Positions 11,045 through 23,744 are shown, counted from the whole stretch's first letter. The stretch is DNA of 62,222 bases, filler included, from Chrysochromulina tobinii (GCA_001275005.1; 8 parts of 8 records of this genome joined end to end with filler, not necessarily neighbours in it), one strand, 5' to 3'. Translations and numbers: made by a program. The notes: generated by a model from the sequence alone, not told the origin.

Positions 11045-14000
11045 ATGGCCGACCGCGGCAAGCGCAAACGCGCCGAACCGTCGCACCTGTCGGAGGAGCA
11101 TGAGCCCGAGTCACCGATCAAATTTAAGCTTGCGACGCCCTCGGCCAAGTACCTCACGCGCACGGGCCGGCTGCGGCTGCCGGGCGACGAGCGCTGGCTC
11201 AGCTGCAAGCTGCTCTCTTACATCGGAGCGGACAAGCTCACATGCGAGGTCGAGCTCCTCGACGGTGGCGCAAGCAGTGGCGCTGCCGTCGCCGAGGCTG
11301 GCGGCGGACGGCGCATGAAGGTCAAGCTCTCGATGCAGCCACTTCACGCAGCGGAGGATGTTGTGTGGGCGGCCGAGGAGGGCGACGGGCCCACGAACGC
11401 GGCACTGCTGCGCGCGCATGGAGAGAGCGGCAGCGGCGGTCGCAGTGCCACGGACGTGGATGTGCGGCTGCAGGCCGGCTTCGTCGAGGGCCTCGTGCCC
11501 ATGCTCGTGTTCGCACCTCTCGGATTGCCGGAGGCGGAGGCGGAGGACGGGCACGTGCTCGCACTGAATCTGGAGAGCGGCAAGCACGTGTGGATCCGAC
11601 CCGAGGCATCGCGCCCACTTCTCGCGCAGATGCTCCGTCGGCGCACCTCGACCGCGCTGCGCAAGGCCACCGACGCGGCACTCGAGGCCGAGAAGGCCAT
11701 CAAGCTGGTCGAGATGCGAAATAAGAAGAAGGCGGTCGTGGGGCGTCGGCTGGCGGTGTACTGGCCGGACGACGACGCGTGGTACCACGGCACCGTCTCC
11801 TCGTGGGATCCGCAGACCGGCCAACACCACGTGCTCTACGACGACGGCATCGAGGAGGCGATCAACCTGCACGAAGAGGCCAGCCACTTCTTCGCGAGCG
11901 AGGCCGAGGAGGTCGCTTATGTAGAGTATTCGATGATGGGCTCCTGCCTGCACTGCAAGAAGCGAGGCTGGCTGCTGAAGGACGTTGTGTGCCCACCGGT
12001 GGCCGAGGCGCCCGCCGATGAATCGGCGGCGGCTGTCAAGGTGCTTCCCCCGGGATGGAGGGAGGAGCTGCATCAGGCCCCCTCGCGGACCTATTCCGTC
12101 TACCATGGACCGAATGGGGAGAAGGCACGCTCCATCGCCGAGGCCATTCGTCTGCATGATGCGGCGGGAGAGCCTGCTACGAAACGGCCCAAGCCGCCGC
12201 CGCCGCCGCTGCCGCCGGGCTTTGCGATGAAACCTGCGGCCGTCGAGGGCAGCGCCGTCGTGGGCAGCGCCGTCGTGGGCAGTGGCGAGCTGCCGGTACT
12301 CGCGACGCCCGCGGATGCGCCCATGACGGCGCTGCTGCCCACGCCCGGGGCGGCGGAGTCGATCTTCTGTTCCGTCTGCCACGGCGGCGACGCGGAGCTC
12401 GAGAACGACATCCTGATCTGCGACGGGCTCGGCTGCGGAAAGACGTTCCATCAGCGCTGCCACAAGCCGCCGGTGGACGAGGTGCCCGAGAACGAGTGGC
12501 TGTGCGCCGAGTGTGTGCGCTCCGGCAACCGGGTCGATCCCGCGGCCCTCGCCGAGATGGCAGCACAGCAGCAGGTGCTCGCGAAGCAGCGCGGGCTCGT
12601 GGCCGAAGCGGAAGAGCATTATGCAAGCTGGCTGCCCAAGCCCGGTTCGATGCGCGCGGCGATCATCGAGGCGCTGCGGGAGGGCATCACCGAGCGAGAC
12701 GAGATCTGCGAGTTCGTCACGAGACTGCCGGAGCATGCCAGCCTGCATCGCCGAGCGATCCTGGACTCCTGCGGCAAAGAGAAGGGTCGGGAGGTGCCGC
12801 TCTTCGATCAAGACGAGACGAGGTACAAGCTGACACGCGAGGGTCGCCTCGCTCTCGGGCGCGCGGAGCCCTCGGACCTGAGCGAGTGGCAGCAGTCCAA
12901 GGGATCCTTGGCAGCTCCCGCGCGCGTCGGCGGCTTCGACGGCGCGGGGGGCGACATGCTCATGTGTGGCAGCTGCCTCGACCGGTGCCACCTGCAGTGT
13001 CACTGGACGGCGCTCGAGAGTCGGAGCGACCTGTGGCCCAGCTGGAAGTGCCTCGGGTGCAAGCAGTGCGAGTCCTGCGGCGCGGATGGGACCAAAATTC
13101 GGCTGGCCATCTGCGACGTCTGCGACCGTGGCTACCACATCGGATGCCTCGACCCGCCCCTCAAATCGTTCCCTCAGCGCCACTTCAAGTGCCCCCAATG
13201 CGTCAAGTGCTCCTCTTGCGGAACCACCACCTCCAAGGTGTGGGGAAAGGACTACGACATGTGCGGCCCGTGCGAGAAGCAGTTCAAGATCGGCCAGTAT
13301 TGCCCGATCTGCCAACGCGCTCACCGTGCGGAGGAGACCGAAATGCTCCAGTGCGACAGGTAGGCCCCTGATGGCCCCTGATGGCCCCTGATGGCCCCTG
13401 ACGGCCCCTGATGGCCCCTGATGGCCTCTGATGGCCCCTGATGGCCTCTGATGGCCCCTGATGGCCTCTGATGGCCCCTTGATGGCCCCTTGATGGCCCC
13501 TGATGGCCCTCGAGCACCTCCTGATTCGATGTGCTCCCATGCGTCCATGCGACAGTTGCGACTTTTGGGTGCACCAGCGGTGCGATGGCACCCTCGATGA
13601 CCAGACGTTCAGCAGGCTCGTGGGCACCGACGAGTCGTATCAGTGCCCGAATTGCCGCGGCGAGCGTACGACCACACTGCTCCTCCAGACCCTCAGCCTG
13701 TGCGACAAGGAGGACCGCGATCGATTCTTCGCCGAGCCGGTCTCGATCGAGTACGCCCTCGCGACGCAGTACCACACCGTCGTCTCCGTCCCGATGGACT
13801 TCCGGACGATGAGGAAAAAGGTGGCCGCCGAGGAGTACGGCACCGACTTGCGCGCCGCCGTGGGCGCATTCCGTCACGACTTTGACCTCGTGTGCCAGAA
13901 TGCGATCACGTGGCACCGCCCGAATGAGCGCTGTCACATCGTTGCGCGCCGCATGCTCAAGTTTGGCACCGCGCTCCTCAAGTCCACCTTCCCGTGGTAT

Positions 14001-16187
14001 GAGCACGAGGGCACCAAAAGCGGCGTCAAGGGCACCAAAAGCGGTGCGGGCAGCGCCAAAAGCGGTGCGGGCGCCGATGGCACGGTGGGCGCGGGCGCAA
14101 GCAAGGGCGCCACGGGCGCCGCGGGCGCCGCGGGCGCCGCGGGCGCCGTGGCGAGCACTGCGGTGGACGAGCCTCCACTCGAATCGGCTTGGGATTACGG
14201 CGCCACCTTCTCCCTCCAGCCGGACGACGTGGGCGCTATGGAGCCTGACGTGTGCTTCGTGTGTGGTGGGCCGCCCCACTACGGCAGCGGGCGACTCGCC
14301 GAGGAAGAACTGCTACACTGCACCGTGTGCGCCGAGTGCTTCCACAGCTTCTGTACGCCGCTTCCCCAGGCGTCGCTCACGGAGCACACGCGGCTGACGT
14401 GGGTGTGCCCGCGCTGCCGACCGCCGCCGCCGCCGCTGCCGCCGCTGCCCGCACTGCCCGCCGATGCTTTGAGTAAGGACAAGGGTGTCGATCACGCCGA
14501 GATGCTAGAGCGTCGGCGACAGGCGACCATCGCGACGGAGACACGCTGCGCCAAGTGCGACAAGCTTCGACTCAAGGCGCGAGGAGGGGGCGCCGAGGGC
14601 GACGGCGGCGCTGAGGGCGAGGGCGGCTTCTTGAGCCTCTGGGTCTGCGCCGACTGTCGATGCTGTGAGAGCTGCAGCGCGATCCAGTCGCGTACTTGGT
14701 CCATCGACGGCCTCTGGTGCGGCGCCTGCATGCCCCAGGGCGAAAATGGCCAGTATTGCGGGATTTGCTCCAAGGTCTTTGACCATCCAGACGCTCCAGC
14801 GTCACAGGTGATGGTGTGCTGCGACGTGTGCCAAGTGTGGGTGCACACGAGCTGCGACAACATGGGCTACGAGGACTACCGGGGATACGATTCGGGCGCG
14901 CCCGGGTATGAACGGTACGAGTGCCCCGACTGTCGCAAGGGGCAGCACGAGCATGGGCCGTCGCTCTGGCGCATGATCGAGCGGCTCGTCGCTCAAACGC
15001 AGGCAAAGCGCGTCTCGCTCTCGCCCGACCTGCTGCGAGCGAGCGGGCTCGAGATCGGCGTGCACGAGCATCGCCAACGGTATAATTCGACACTTCGGTG
15101 GGTCAAGGAGCGCGGGCGGGCAGGGCTTCCGTGGGCCCAGCACTGGGCACAGGCTCTGACGATGGAGGCGGCGGCGGTGGCGGTCAAGACGGCCGCTGCC
15201 ATGGAGGCTGAAGCGAGGGCGCGGAGGGACGCGGCCGACGCGGCGAGGGCGGAGGCGTCCAGGGCGGCCAAGGCTAAGGCCAAGGAAGCGGCGGACAAGG
15301 CAGCAGAGGTCGGGACGGCGGCTGCAGTGGCACTGGCGCCGGCCGCAGCGACCACAGACGCGGCTGTGGCGCCCGAGGCGCCCAACGAGGATGAGGACGT
15401 GGCAATGGCCGAGAGCGTGCCGGCGGCGGATTCCCCCTCTTCTCCTGCTGCTGCTGCCGCCGCGGCTGACGCGCCTCCCCAGCCGCCCACAGACGATCCA
15501 TCGCCCTCTCCCCCGCACTCGCCTCCGGGCGACGGGGAGGACGAGGAGGACGGGGAGGACGAGGAGGACGGGGCCCACGGGGCCCACGGGGTCGGCGACG
15601 TTGTCGAGGACGACGACGGAGTGGCGGCCCACACGGAGGCGGAGGCTCCGATGAACATGGAGCCACCGGTAAGCGCCTGGACAAGCGCCGTCCCAAGCGC
15701 CGTCTCGAGCGCCTCACCCGCCCCATCGGCCTTACCCACCCCTCTCGTCGTCGCCGCCGCCACAGCCACGCCGCACCAGGCTGATAGCGCCTCGCAGCAG
15801 CAGCTGGCTATGGAGGCAGCCAGGGCCACAGCGGCGCTGGTGGCGAGAGGCGGTCACGGCGCGGCGCACGGCCCGGCGTCCGACATGGCGCCCCCCCCAA
15901 TCCACCTACCCGAACCCCCCGTAGCATCGGGCTACCAATGCCCCAACTGCCTACGCGCCTTCCCATCGGTCCTCGCTCTCGAGCAGCATGCACGTGCGTG
16001 CTCCGCCGTCTTCATCGGCGTCGCCGTCCCCGCTTCTGGGGGCAATGCGGCGGCCCCGCCCAGCCGCTCCCTGCCGCCGCCTCACCCGGCAAGGGCGGCA
16101 GCGGCAGCGGCGATGGCGGCGGCGGCGATGGCAGGTTCGGGAGCGCAGCCGCCCTTGCCGCCCGTGCCCGCTGCCACCGCCGCCGCC
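11045..16187 (+). CDS. Trithorax/MLL-like chromatin reader (Tudor, MBD-like, multiple PHD fingers, bromodomain, zinc finger), 3'-truncated
   Basis: Tudor VVGRRLAVYWPDDDAWYHGTV...VLYDDG; PHD CSVC...ILICDG..CGKTFHQRC...EWLCAEC; tandem PHDs; bromodomain FFAEPVS...YHTVVSVPMDFRTM...LVCQNAITWH. Removing intron 13360-13555 joins the two ORFs in frame (QCDS-CDFWVH). Confidence 0.88.
13360..13555 (+). mobile_element. 196-nt GT-AG intron of (ctgatggccc/t)n with an 8-nt junction duplication
   Basis: tgcgacag ends both the upstream exon and the intron. Confidence 0.85.
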
Positions 16188-16287
16188 NNNNNNNNNNNNN
16201 NNNNNNNNNNNNNNNNNNNNNNNNNNNNNNNTTAATTAATTAANNNNNNNNNNNNNNNNNNNNNNNNNNNNNNNNNNNNNNNNNNNN

Positions 16288-18948
16288 CCTTGTTGCTTTG
16301 GATGGCCTCGCAGACTGCGTTTACGCCCTCATCCTTGAGGCTGTTGGACGACAAATTCAGGGCCGTCAGCCCGCCATTGACGCCTACCATCTTGGCCACG
16401 TCCTTGGCTCCTGCTGACCCACCAATCTCGCTGTGGCTGATGTCGAGCTCCTTGAGCGTCGAGTTCTGTTCTAGTGCCTTGCAGATGGCTTTGGTGCCCT
16501 CCTCCCCCAACCTGTTTACGGCAAGGGACAGCTTCGTCAGCCCGCCATTGACGCTGATCAAGGAGGCGATCACAACCAAAGAGTCAACGCCAAGATTCTT
16601 GCGAGAGAGGTCGAGCGTCTCGACGGGGTCGGTGCCTTTGAGCTTCTTGACAGGGAGAGCAAACCCATCCAAGTTCACCTATGCATTAGGGACCTCCAAA
16701 AATCAGTGCAAGAGGGTGCACATCTGGGCTGAGGGAGCACAGCTGAGCACAGTGTACCTCCGTCAGCGAGCCATTGACGCTGATCAAGGAGGCGATCACA
16801 ACCGCAGAGGCAACGCCAAGATTCTTGCCCGAGAGGTCGAGCGTCTCGACAGTGTCGGTGCCTTTGAGCTTCTTGACAGGGAGAGCAAACCCATCCAAGT
16901 TCACCTATGCATTAGGGACCTCCAGAAATCAGTGCAAGAGGGAGTACATCTGGGCTGAGGGAGCACAGCTGAGCTCAGCGTGCCTCCGTCAGCGCGCAAT
17001 TGACGCGCAGAGCGTCGGCAATGGCCGTGATGCCCTCCGCAGTGTAGGTGCTTCTATTCACTCTGCAGAGTGAGTTGTTGGAGAGGTCCAGGCTCGTCAG
17101 CACGCCTGTGACAATAACCTGTGACAGGTCCGACGCCAGCATGATCGCATCGGGTGGCTGGAGGCTCTTGTTGCAGAAGTCAGCGGTGGCCTGGTCACGC
17201 TGGATGCCGCAGAGCGAGATACCCTTCTGCTTCGCGACTTCGGCGAGCATCTTGGTGGACTCCACATCAAGCTGATTGCCCAGGAGGTTGGCCACCGTCA
17301 GCGCGCTGTTGACACCAAGCATGTCTGCCACATGCTTAGCGCCTACTTCTCTGCCAATATTGTTGTGACCAGACAGATCGAGCTCCTTGAGCGTCTTGTT
17401 CTGTTTGAGAGCCTCGCAGATGGCCTTGGTGCCCTCCTCCTTCAACTTGTTCCACGCCAGGGACAGCTTCGTCAGCGCGCTGTTAACGCCAAGCATGCCT
17501 GCCACATGCTTGGCGCCTGCTACCCCTCCGATATTGCTTCCCACATAGCCAGACAGATCGAGCTCCTTGAGAATCTTGTTCTGTTTGAGCGCCTCGCAGA
17601 TGGCCTTGGTGCCCTCCTCCCCCAACTTGTTTCCGGCAAGTGAAATTTTGGTCAGCCCGCCATTAGCAGGAATGAAATAAGAAATGAGCATGGCCGCAGG
17701 CCCACGAAGCCCCTTTTCACGCAAGTCCAGCTCCGTCATGGTGTCCTCCCGCATGTGCTGCACCGGAATGCCGCATGCCACACCTGAGCCCGCACAGGCG
17801 ACGGCTGTGATGATCAGCTTCAACGGCGCCTCTCCGTCGCCTGATATGCAGCTGTCGAGAGCAGCCTTAGCAGTACCACGAAGCAAAAGAAAGCTAGCAA
17901 AAGGTTCTGGGGCACCAGCACCAAATGCACCGAAGCCGCCGAACGGGCCGCCACCAAAATGATTCGCCTCCTGGACGGCCAGATTCGCGGCCCGTACTTT
18001 CGCCACGTCCACCACAAAGCCGTAGCCATGGAGGCGCGCCAGCCCTGGCAGCATCCGCCCCGCGAGGGCAGTGTCCCAGGGACGGCCGGCCTCGATGAGC
18101 AGCTCAACGTCCAGGTCGGTGATCTCTTCCAGATGTGTGGGTGCCGGCTGCCCGCGGCCGCGGCACAGGCGCGAGCAGAGGACACGCCGTGACAGCGCAC
18201 GCCAAAACCGATTCACGCCCTTGAGCTCGCACAGCGTGGCCACGTCCACCATTCCCAGAGCAGCCTCCCTGGCATCCGTAGTGGCTGGCACCCCCGAGAG
18301 CGAGGGCTGCCGCAGAGGTGCGGGTGGTGCCGTGGAGCTGGCCGCGCCGTGCTGCTGCAGCGCCTCGTAGCCTTCTGGCAGAAAAGCCGACTCGGCGAGT
18401 GCCGCCTCGAGCTCGGCGCCTTCAAAGTCGCTACCCGCGCCAAGCAGCGCACGGAGCTCGTCAGCATTCTTGCCGTTGACCCGGGAAGCGATGACAGACT
18501 GATTGTGCTTGAGTAGCATAGGGGCATCCAGAAACAGGGCGCCCTCGACGTGTTCCACGAGCTGCGATAGCGAATGCTCGTCAGAGCTCGGCGACAAGGG
18601 ATTGCTGGCGTAACCCTCGTACCGGAGCTCTTCAAACGACTTGTTTTGGCATTGCTCCATCCGATGCATGAGTGCGCCCAGCATCTCCGGCATGCGAACC
18701 AGCGCGCGAAGCGTCGAGGCTGTGACAACGGGCACCGGATACACGCCGTCCTCGGAGCTGGCATCGTCCATGAGATCCTTCAAATGACCCGCGAGTCGAG
18801 CCACCTCGCGCGACATCGTGACCTCCTCTCCGTCTCGCGCTCGCACGCGGATTGGCTCGTCATCACGTGTGGCCTTCTTCGCCGCGGGCGCCTCTTCCTG
18901 CTCCTCGGCCGGCGATCCAGCGACGATTGTCTTGCCCGAGAGGCTCAT
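16288..18948 (-). CDS. Skp1-like + F-box-like + RNI/NLRC3-type LRR protein, 3'-truncated
   Basis: Skp1-like IRVRARDGEEVTMSREVARLAGHLKDLMDD and GALFLDAPMLL...IASRVNGKNADELRALLG; F-box-like LGMVDVATLCELKGVNRFWRAL; LRRs such as LTKLSLAWNKLKEEGTKAICEALKQNKTLKELDLS. Introns at 16905-16983 (GC-AG) and 16679-16757 (GT-AG). Confidence 0.85.
16535..16992. repeat. 226-bp exon+intron tandem duplication in the LRR region
   Basis: A 147-nt exon (NLDGFALPVKKLKGTD...) plus a 79-nt intron is present twice, nearly identical. Confidence 0.92.
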
Positions 18949-19201
18949 CGTTGCTTACACGCCGTAAGGCAACCACACAGTTGCTTTCGCGGGGCGTCCG
19001 AGCTTTTTGCCCGCGGGAAGTCCGTGCAGGAAGTCCGTGTGCCACGAGACCGGAACGTGTGCCGAAGTTGGCCTTTGTGAAACCCTTTTTTTCTCAGATA
19101 CCGGTAAGTTCCTGAAGAAAAACCACACTTGAAGGTCATCTTTCCCCTTCACAGGTTGGTGTCGTCCCCGTCGTCGCAGGCATCAGGCCGCACGGGGCCA
19201 A

Positions 19202-22200
19202 GTGCCTCGGACCTCGAAGACAGGAGAAAGAAGCAAGAGGCAGAAGCTCACTCAACTCCTTCCAAAGAGTCGCTCCGCCGTCCTTGGGCTGCACACGATT
19301 GTGAGTACCGGAGCGCTTGATGGTAGTTTCGACTCTCTTCCCCCAAACTACCGGAATGAAAACTTTTTCACAGCCTGGGCGTTCGGGATGTCGGACGCCG
19401 ACGACGGCACCCGTGCAGCCAAGGCGCGCTGCCGGCGCAGTGCAAGCCGCTCGGCTGTCGATCGGCGCGCGTGCGTGTCTGCATACCTGGCCAAGAAGGC
19501 GATTGGCTCCAATGACAGCGTCGCGGAATATGTAGCCCGAAGCGGGCCCCGCCGCTGTGCGACCCCCTCTGACTCTATGAGTGATGCAGATCGCGTGGAG
19601 ATGGCACGTTGCTTGCGAGCCATGGCGCCACCCACGGCGGGTGCCGCCCTCGCAATGTCCACCCTCGTTCATCAGCATTTGTGGACGCCTCCGGCAGCGC
19701 CGCCGCCGCAGTGCAAGCCGCTCGGCACCTCGGCTACGACGACAACGGTAAGGGGTGCGTCTTCAGCCTCCGCCGAGTGCGTGAAGAGTGCCGGGATGGC
19801 CTCGTGGTCTGTCTCGGGGCTTGCGAGCGAGAATGGCTCCGAGTGCGGCCGTCATTGGCAGGGCACGGCCGAGGTGCGCTGCCTTTTTGCGGACCGCGAC
19901 GTGCTCTTCATTGGCAATAGCGTGATGCGTCGTCAGGTGTTCACACTTCTCGACTTGCTCGCTGGGCCAGCGGCGCATCGGCTCAGTGTGAACGGTGGCG
20001 AGACCGTGAATGTGAGCACGGCGGACGGCACGCCCGCGATGGCGCCGAGTGAGCTCCTTTCAAGCACAAGGCTGTGGGATCTTGATGGTCACGAGCATGG
20101 GTACCACGCCGCACAGCTGCTGACCATCGATCTCGCCACCGGGGCCCACCGCTTCCACCTTCCCCACAGGTGATTGCAATTGATGGCCACTGATGGCCTC
20201 TGATGACCACCGGGGCCCACCGCTTCCACCTTCCCCACAGGTGATTGCAATTGATGGCCACTGATTGCCTCTGATGACCACCGGGGCCCACCGCTTCCAC
20301 CTTCCCCACAGGTGATTGCAATTGATGGCCACTGATGGCCTCTGATGACCACCGGGGCCCACCGCTTCCACCTGCCCCACAGCGAGCTATGTGGCGTCGA
20401 GAGGGCTTATGCCAACTTCAACGCGGGCCGAGCGCGCCAATGGTGGTCCCCTTCCGCACAGGTGATTGCCACTGATTGCCTCTTGATTGCCATTGATTGC
20501 CACTGATGGTCCCCTTACGCACAGGTGATTGCCACTGATTGATGTCCACTGATTACCGCTGACCGTGCGCGCCACCGATCTCGCCGATCTCGCCGATCTC
20601 GCTGATATGACCGACTCGTCGATCTCGTCGATCTCGTCGACCAGATCGACGCGCAGTGGCTGAGCTCGAAGTGGCGAGATCGTGAGTGGCGGCCGCTCGT
20701 GTCAATGACTCTCGGATGGGATTCCACACGAGCACCCGTCGCCGTTACATCGACGGGTGCCGCGCAGCATGCAAGTGCTCGCCACGGCGCCGACGCGACG
20801 GGTGCAGCCGCGAACGCGAGCGAGCGAGCGCGAGCATGCCTGGAGCAGCCATCGGTGATTTGGGCGGGAAGTCATCGTGCGGGCTTAGTGCCCGGCGCGG
20901 CGCTTCCAAATAAGGACCTGCCTAATCAGGACCTGCCTCATCAGGGCACATCCCGTGCTGAGGCCGTGCGCCGTCAGCTGCTGGACGCTGTGCGCGCGCA
21001 CCTGGTGAAGCTCGATCCAACGGCCGCTGAGTGGGTGGGCAATCTCACCGTCCATCTCGACGAACGCCCAGCATGCAAGCGCTCACCACGGCGCCGTGTC
21101 CCTTCCCCACAGGTGGGCAATCTCACCGTCCATCTCGACGAACGCCCAACACAGCGCGCACCCAGCAGGGCGGCGGAGTCTACGCCCCCCCGCGCCCGTG
21201 CTTCCCACGCCCGAGCTTCCCCGAACGCATGGGTGGTCTTCCCTACCTACCATGGAGAGCGCCAGAAGTTCAATGGGTATCAGTGCTCATTCCCACTGAT
21301 GGCCACTGATTGCCACTGATTGCCTCTGATGGCCTCTGATGGCCTCTGATGGCCTCTGATTGCCTCTGATTGCCTCTGATTGCCTCTGATTGCCTCGTGG
21401 TATCAGAGCTCATTCCCACTGAGATGCCCGCTGCATGCCCTTCTGATTGCCTCTGATGACCTCTGATGACCTCTGATTGCCTTCCTCATCAGGTACTGCG
21501 GCGGTGCCATGCCGCCGGGCGAAGTCTGTAAGTGCACTACCACCGTGCCGCCCACGTGCTCAGACCGGCGCGCGTCGTGCTACGGCAAGCGGCTGTGCGC
21601 GCCGCTCGCGCCCGGCTCGGCGCGTTTCGTCGAGGCGGCTCGCGGGCTGGCCGCTGCGCTCTCATCGCCGTCGGCCGAATCTCGAGATCGCGAGCTCGCG
21701 CGGGGAGATCGCGAGCTCGCGCGGGGAGATCGCGAGCTCGCGCGGGGAGACCTCGAGCTCGCGATCTCCGTGTCCCGCGTGCGCGTCTCTCCCTTGTATG
21801 ACGACTGCTGGGAAGGGCGCGACCGGTGTATGGGGTACGCTGATTGCCTCTGATGGCCTCTGATGGCCTCTGATGACGGCTGATGTCGGCTGATGATGGC
21901 TGATGACGGCTGATGACGCGTGATGGTCTCCCTCATCAGGCAACGACCGTGCCACGAGCGCCTACGCAGCCCAGCATGCAAGTGCTCACCACGGCGCCCC
22001 CTTCCCCACAGGCACCGACCGTGCCACGAGCGGCTGGATGCGGCGTACATCTGCCGATCGACTGCACTGCTCTGTCCCCGTACGTGCTCGTGGCCTCTGA
22101 TTGCCACTGATTGCCACTGATGGCTCTGTCCCCGTACGCGCTCGTGGCCGCCGGGGGTGCATGCAAGTGCTCACCACGGCGCGGACGCGCTCGTGGCCGC

Positions 22201-23185
22201 CGGCCCTCAGCCGTTGGGGGTCTGCATGCAAGTGCTCACCACGGCGCGCCCGCACTTCCCCACAGGCACGCGCTCGTGGCCGGCGGCTCTCAAGCAAGCC
22301 AAGTCGTGGATCCCAGCTGCCCATCCCTCGGCGTCGCTCCTCTACCTCTATGATGGGCAGGTGATTGCCGTTGATTGCGACGGAGGCCCCCTCACTGCCC
22401 CCCATCTGCCACTGTTGGCTTCGGCGTCCCTCCATTACCTCCATGATGGGCGCCATGATGGGCAGACGCAGAATGCGATGGATGCGTCTCACTGATGACC
22501 ACTGATGACCTCCATTGCATCCATGATGGGCAGACGCAGGATGCAATGGATGCGACGTTTCGAAGCTGGGCGCCTCCCACGATTGGGTACGGCTCGCATG
22601 CAATCATCCTCGGGCCGCAGGTGATTGCCTTTGATGATCACTGATGGCCACTGATTGCCACTGATTGCCACTGATGGCTAAATATTGCCTCCGGCTCGCA
22701 TGCAATCATCCCCTGGCCGGCAGTTCGCCAACACACGCAGCGTCGGCGCGATGCGTCGCTCTCTCAGCCTGATGCGAGCCGCTCTCACTCATGCCGATCT
22801 ATGCCTGGGCCAACGTACGCTCGCCGTCTTCCGATCACCCGCGTTGGGGGTCTGCATGCAAGCGCTCACCACGGCGCGTCCGCACTTCCCCACAGGTACG
22901 CTGGCCGTCTTCCGATCTCCCGCGTTCAACTTCGACCCGGTGAACACCTTCCACCAGCAGGCTGCCTTTGCGCAGCGCATGCGCCCGATCGTCGAAGAGT
23001 TCGGCGCCGTCTTCGTCGATCTATTCCCAGCGACGCTCCGGGCGGCCTTCCCACCCCCATCGGTGCCCGACGCTGAGCAGATTGCCATCCGATTCGACCG
23101 GAACAGCGCGTTCCACTACCTCGACGCTGGGCGCTATCTCATGGCGCAGATCCTGCTCCACGTCCTCCACTTAATCTCCACTTAA
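19202..23185 (+). CDS. SGNH/PC-esterase-like (O-acyltransferase/esterase) protein, many introns
   Basis: N-terminal block CLFADRDVLFIGNSVMR and C-terminal DRNSAFHYLDAGRYLMAQILL. About ten repeat-derived introns lie between 20170 and 22895; exon limits are partly uncertain. Confidence 0.65.
20170..20382 (+). repeat. Intron made of three 71-bp units (core + duplicated upstream exon end)
   Basis: gtgattgcaattgatggccactgat...caccggggcccaccgcttccaccttccccacag x3 = 213 nt. Confidence 0.88.
21035..21112 (+). mobile_element. Family-B intron (gcatgcaag.gctcaccacggcgc...ccccacag) with a 36-nt exon duplication
   Basis: gtgggcaatctcaccgtccatctcgacgaacgccca opens both the intron and the next exon. Related cores occur at ~21973, 22159, 22224, 22854 and 51863-51932 (minus strand). 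Confidence 0.85.
22815..22895 (+). mobile_element. Family-B intron with a ~31-nt exon duplication
   Basis: gtacgct(c/g)gccgtcttccgatc(a/t)cccgcgtt is duplicated around the core gggggtctgcatgcaagcgctcaccacggcgcgtccgcacttccccacag. Confidence 0.85.
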
Positions 23186-23744
23186 TCTCCACTTAATCTC
23201 ATGGCGCAGATCCTGCTCCACGTCCTCCGACTGCTTGCACAAGGCTGAGCCGTGCATAGATCTCCACTCGAGATCTCCACTTAATCTCCACTCGCGAGAT
23301 CTCCACTCGCAACGGCCAGAATGACCAGTGGCACACGTGCGCGCGCGGCCCCGCCGCACGAGGGCATCTTGCCCCCTGAGACAAGTTTCGGACGGGATTC
23401 TTGCGTGGTCCATTTTCCATTCTGCCGGTTGTCAATGCTAGTCGCGACTTTGAAACAGGTACAGGACGGTTCGTCAACCGCAACCCCTAAAGGCACACGA
23501 CGGCGGCGAGACTCGTGAGGCGAAAGGTGAGTTGGTGCCTTCTCGGGTCCCGACGTTCCTCAACCTCAACCTCCAAAAGCCGTTTCACACAGAGGGTGTG
23601 TGATAACGTGTATTATCAGAGCTGAAACCGAATCCCAAAACTGCACCCAAAAGCAATCAACAAGTTACACTTCGCAACATTCCTGGTATCGCCTGCCGCA
23701 GTCCGTGCCTCTAAGGAGCTCCGAGCGAGCGGACAAGAAGGGCG

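Noticed and set aside
11111..13627. Long antisense ORFs (also 42098-43591, 48200-50365, 5781-6815)
   Set aside because: Shadow ORFs expected from GC-rich codon usage opposite real genes.
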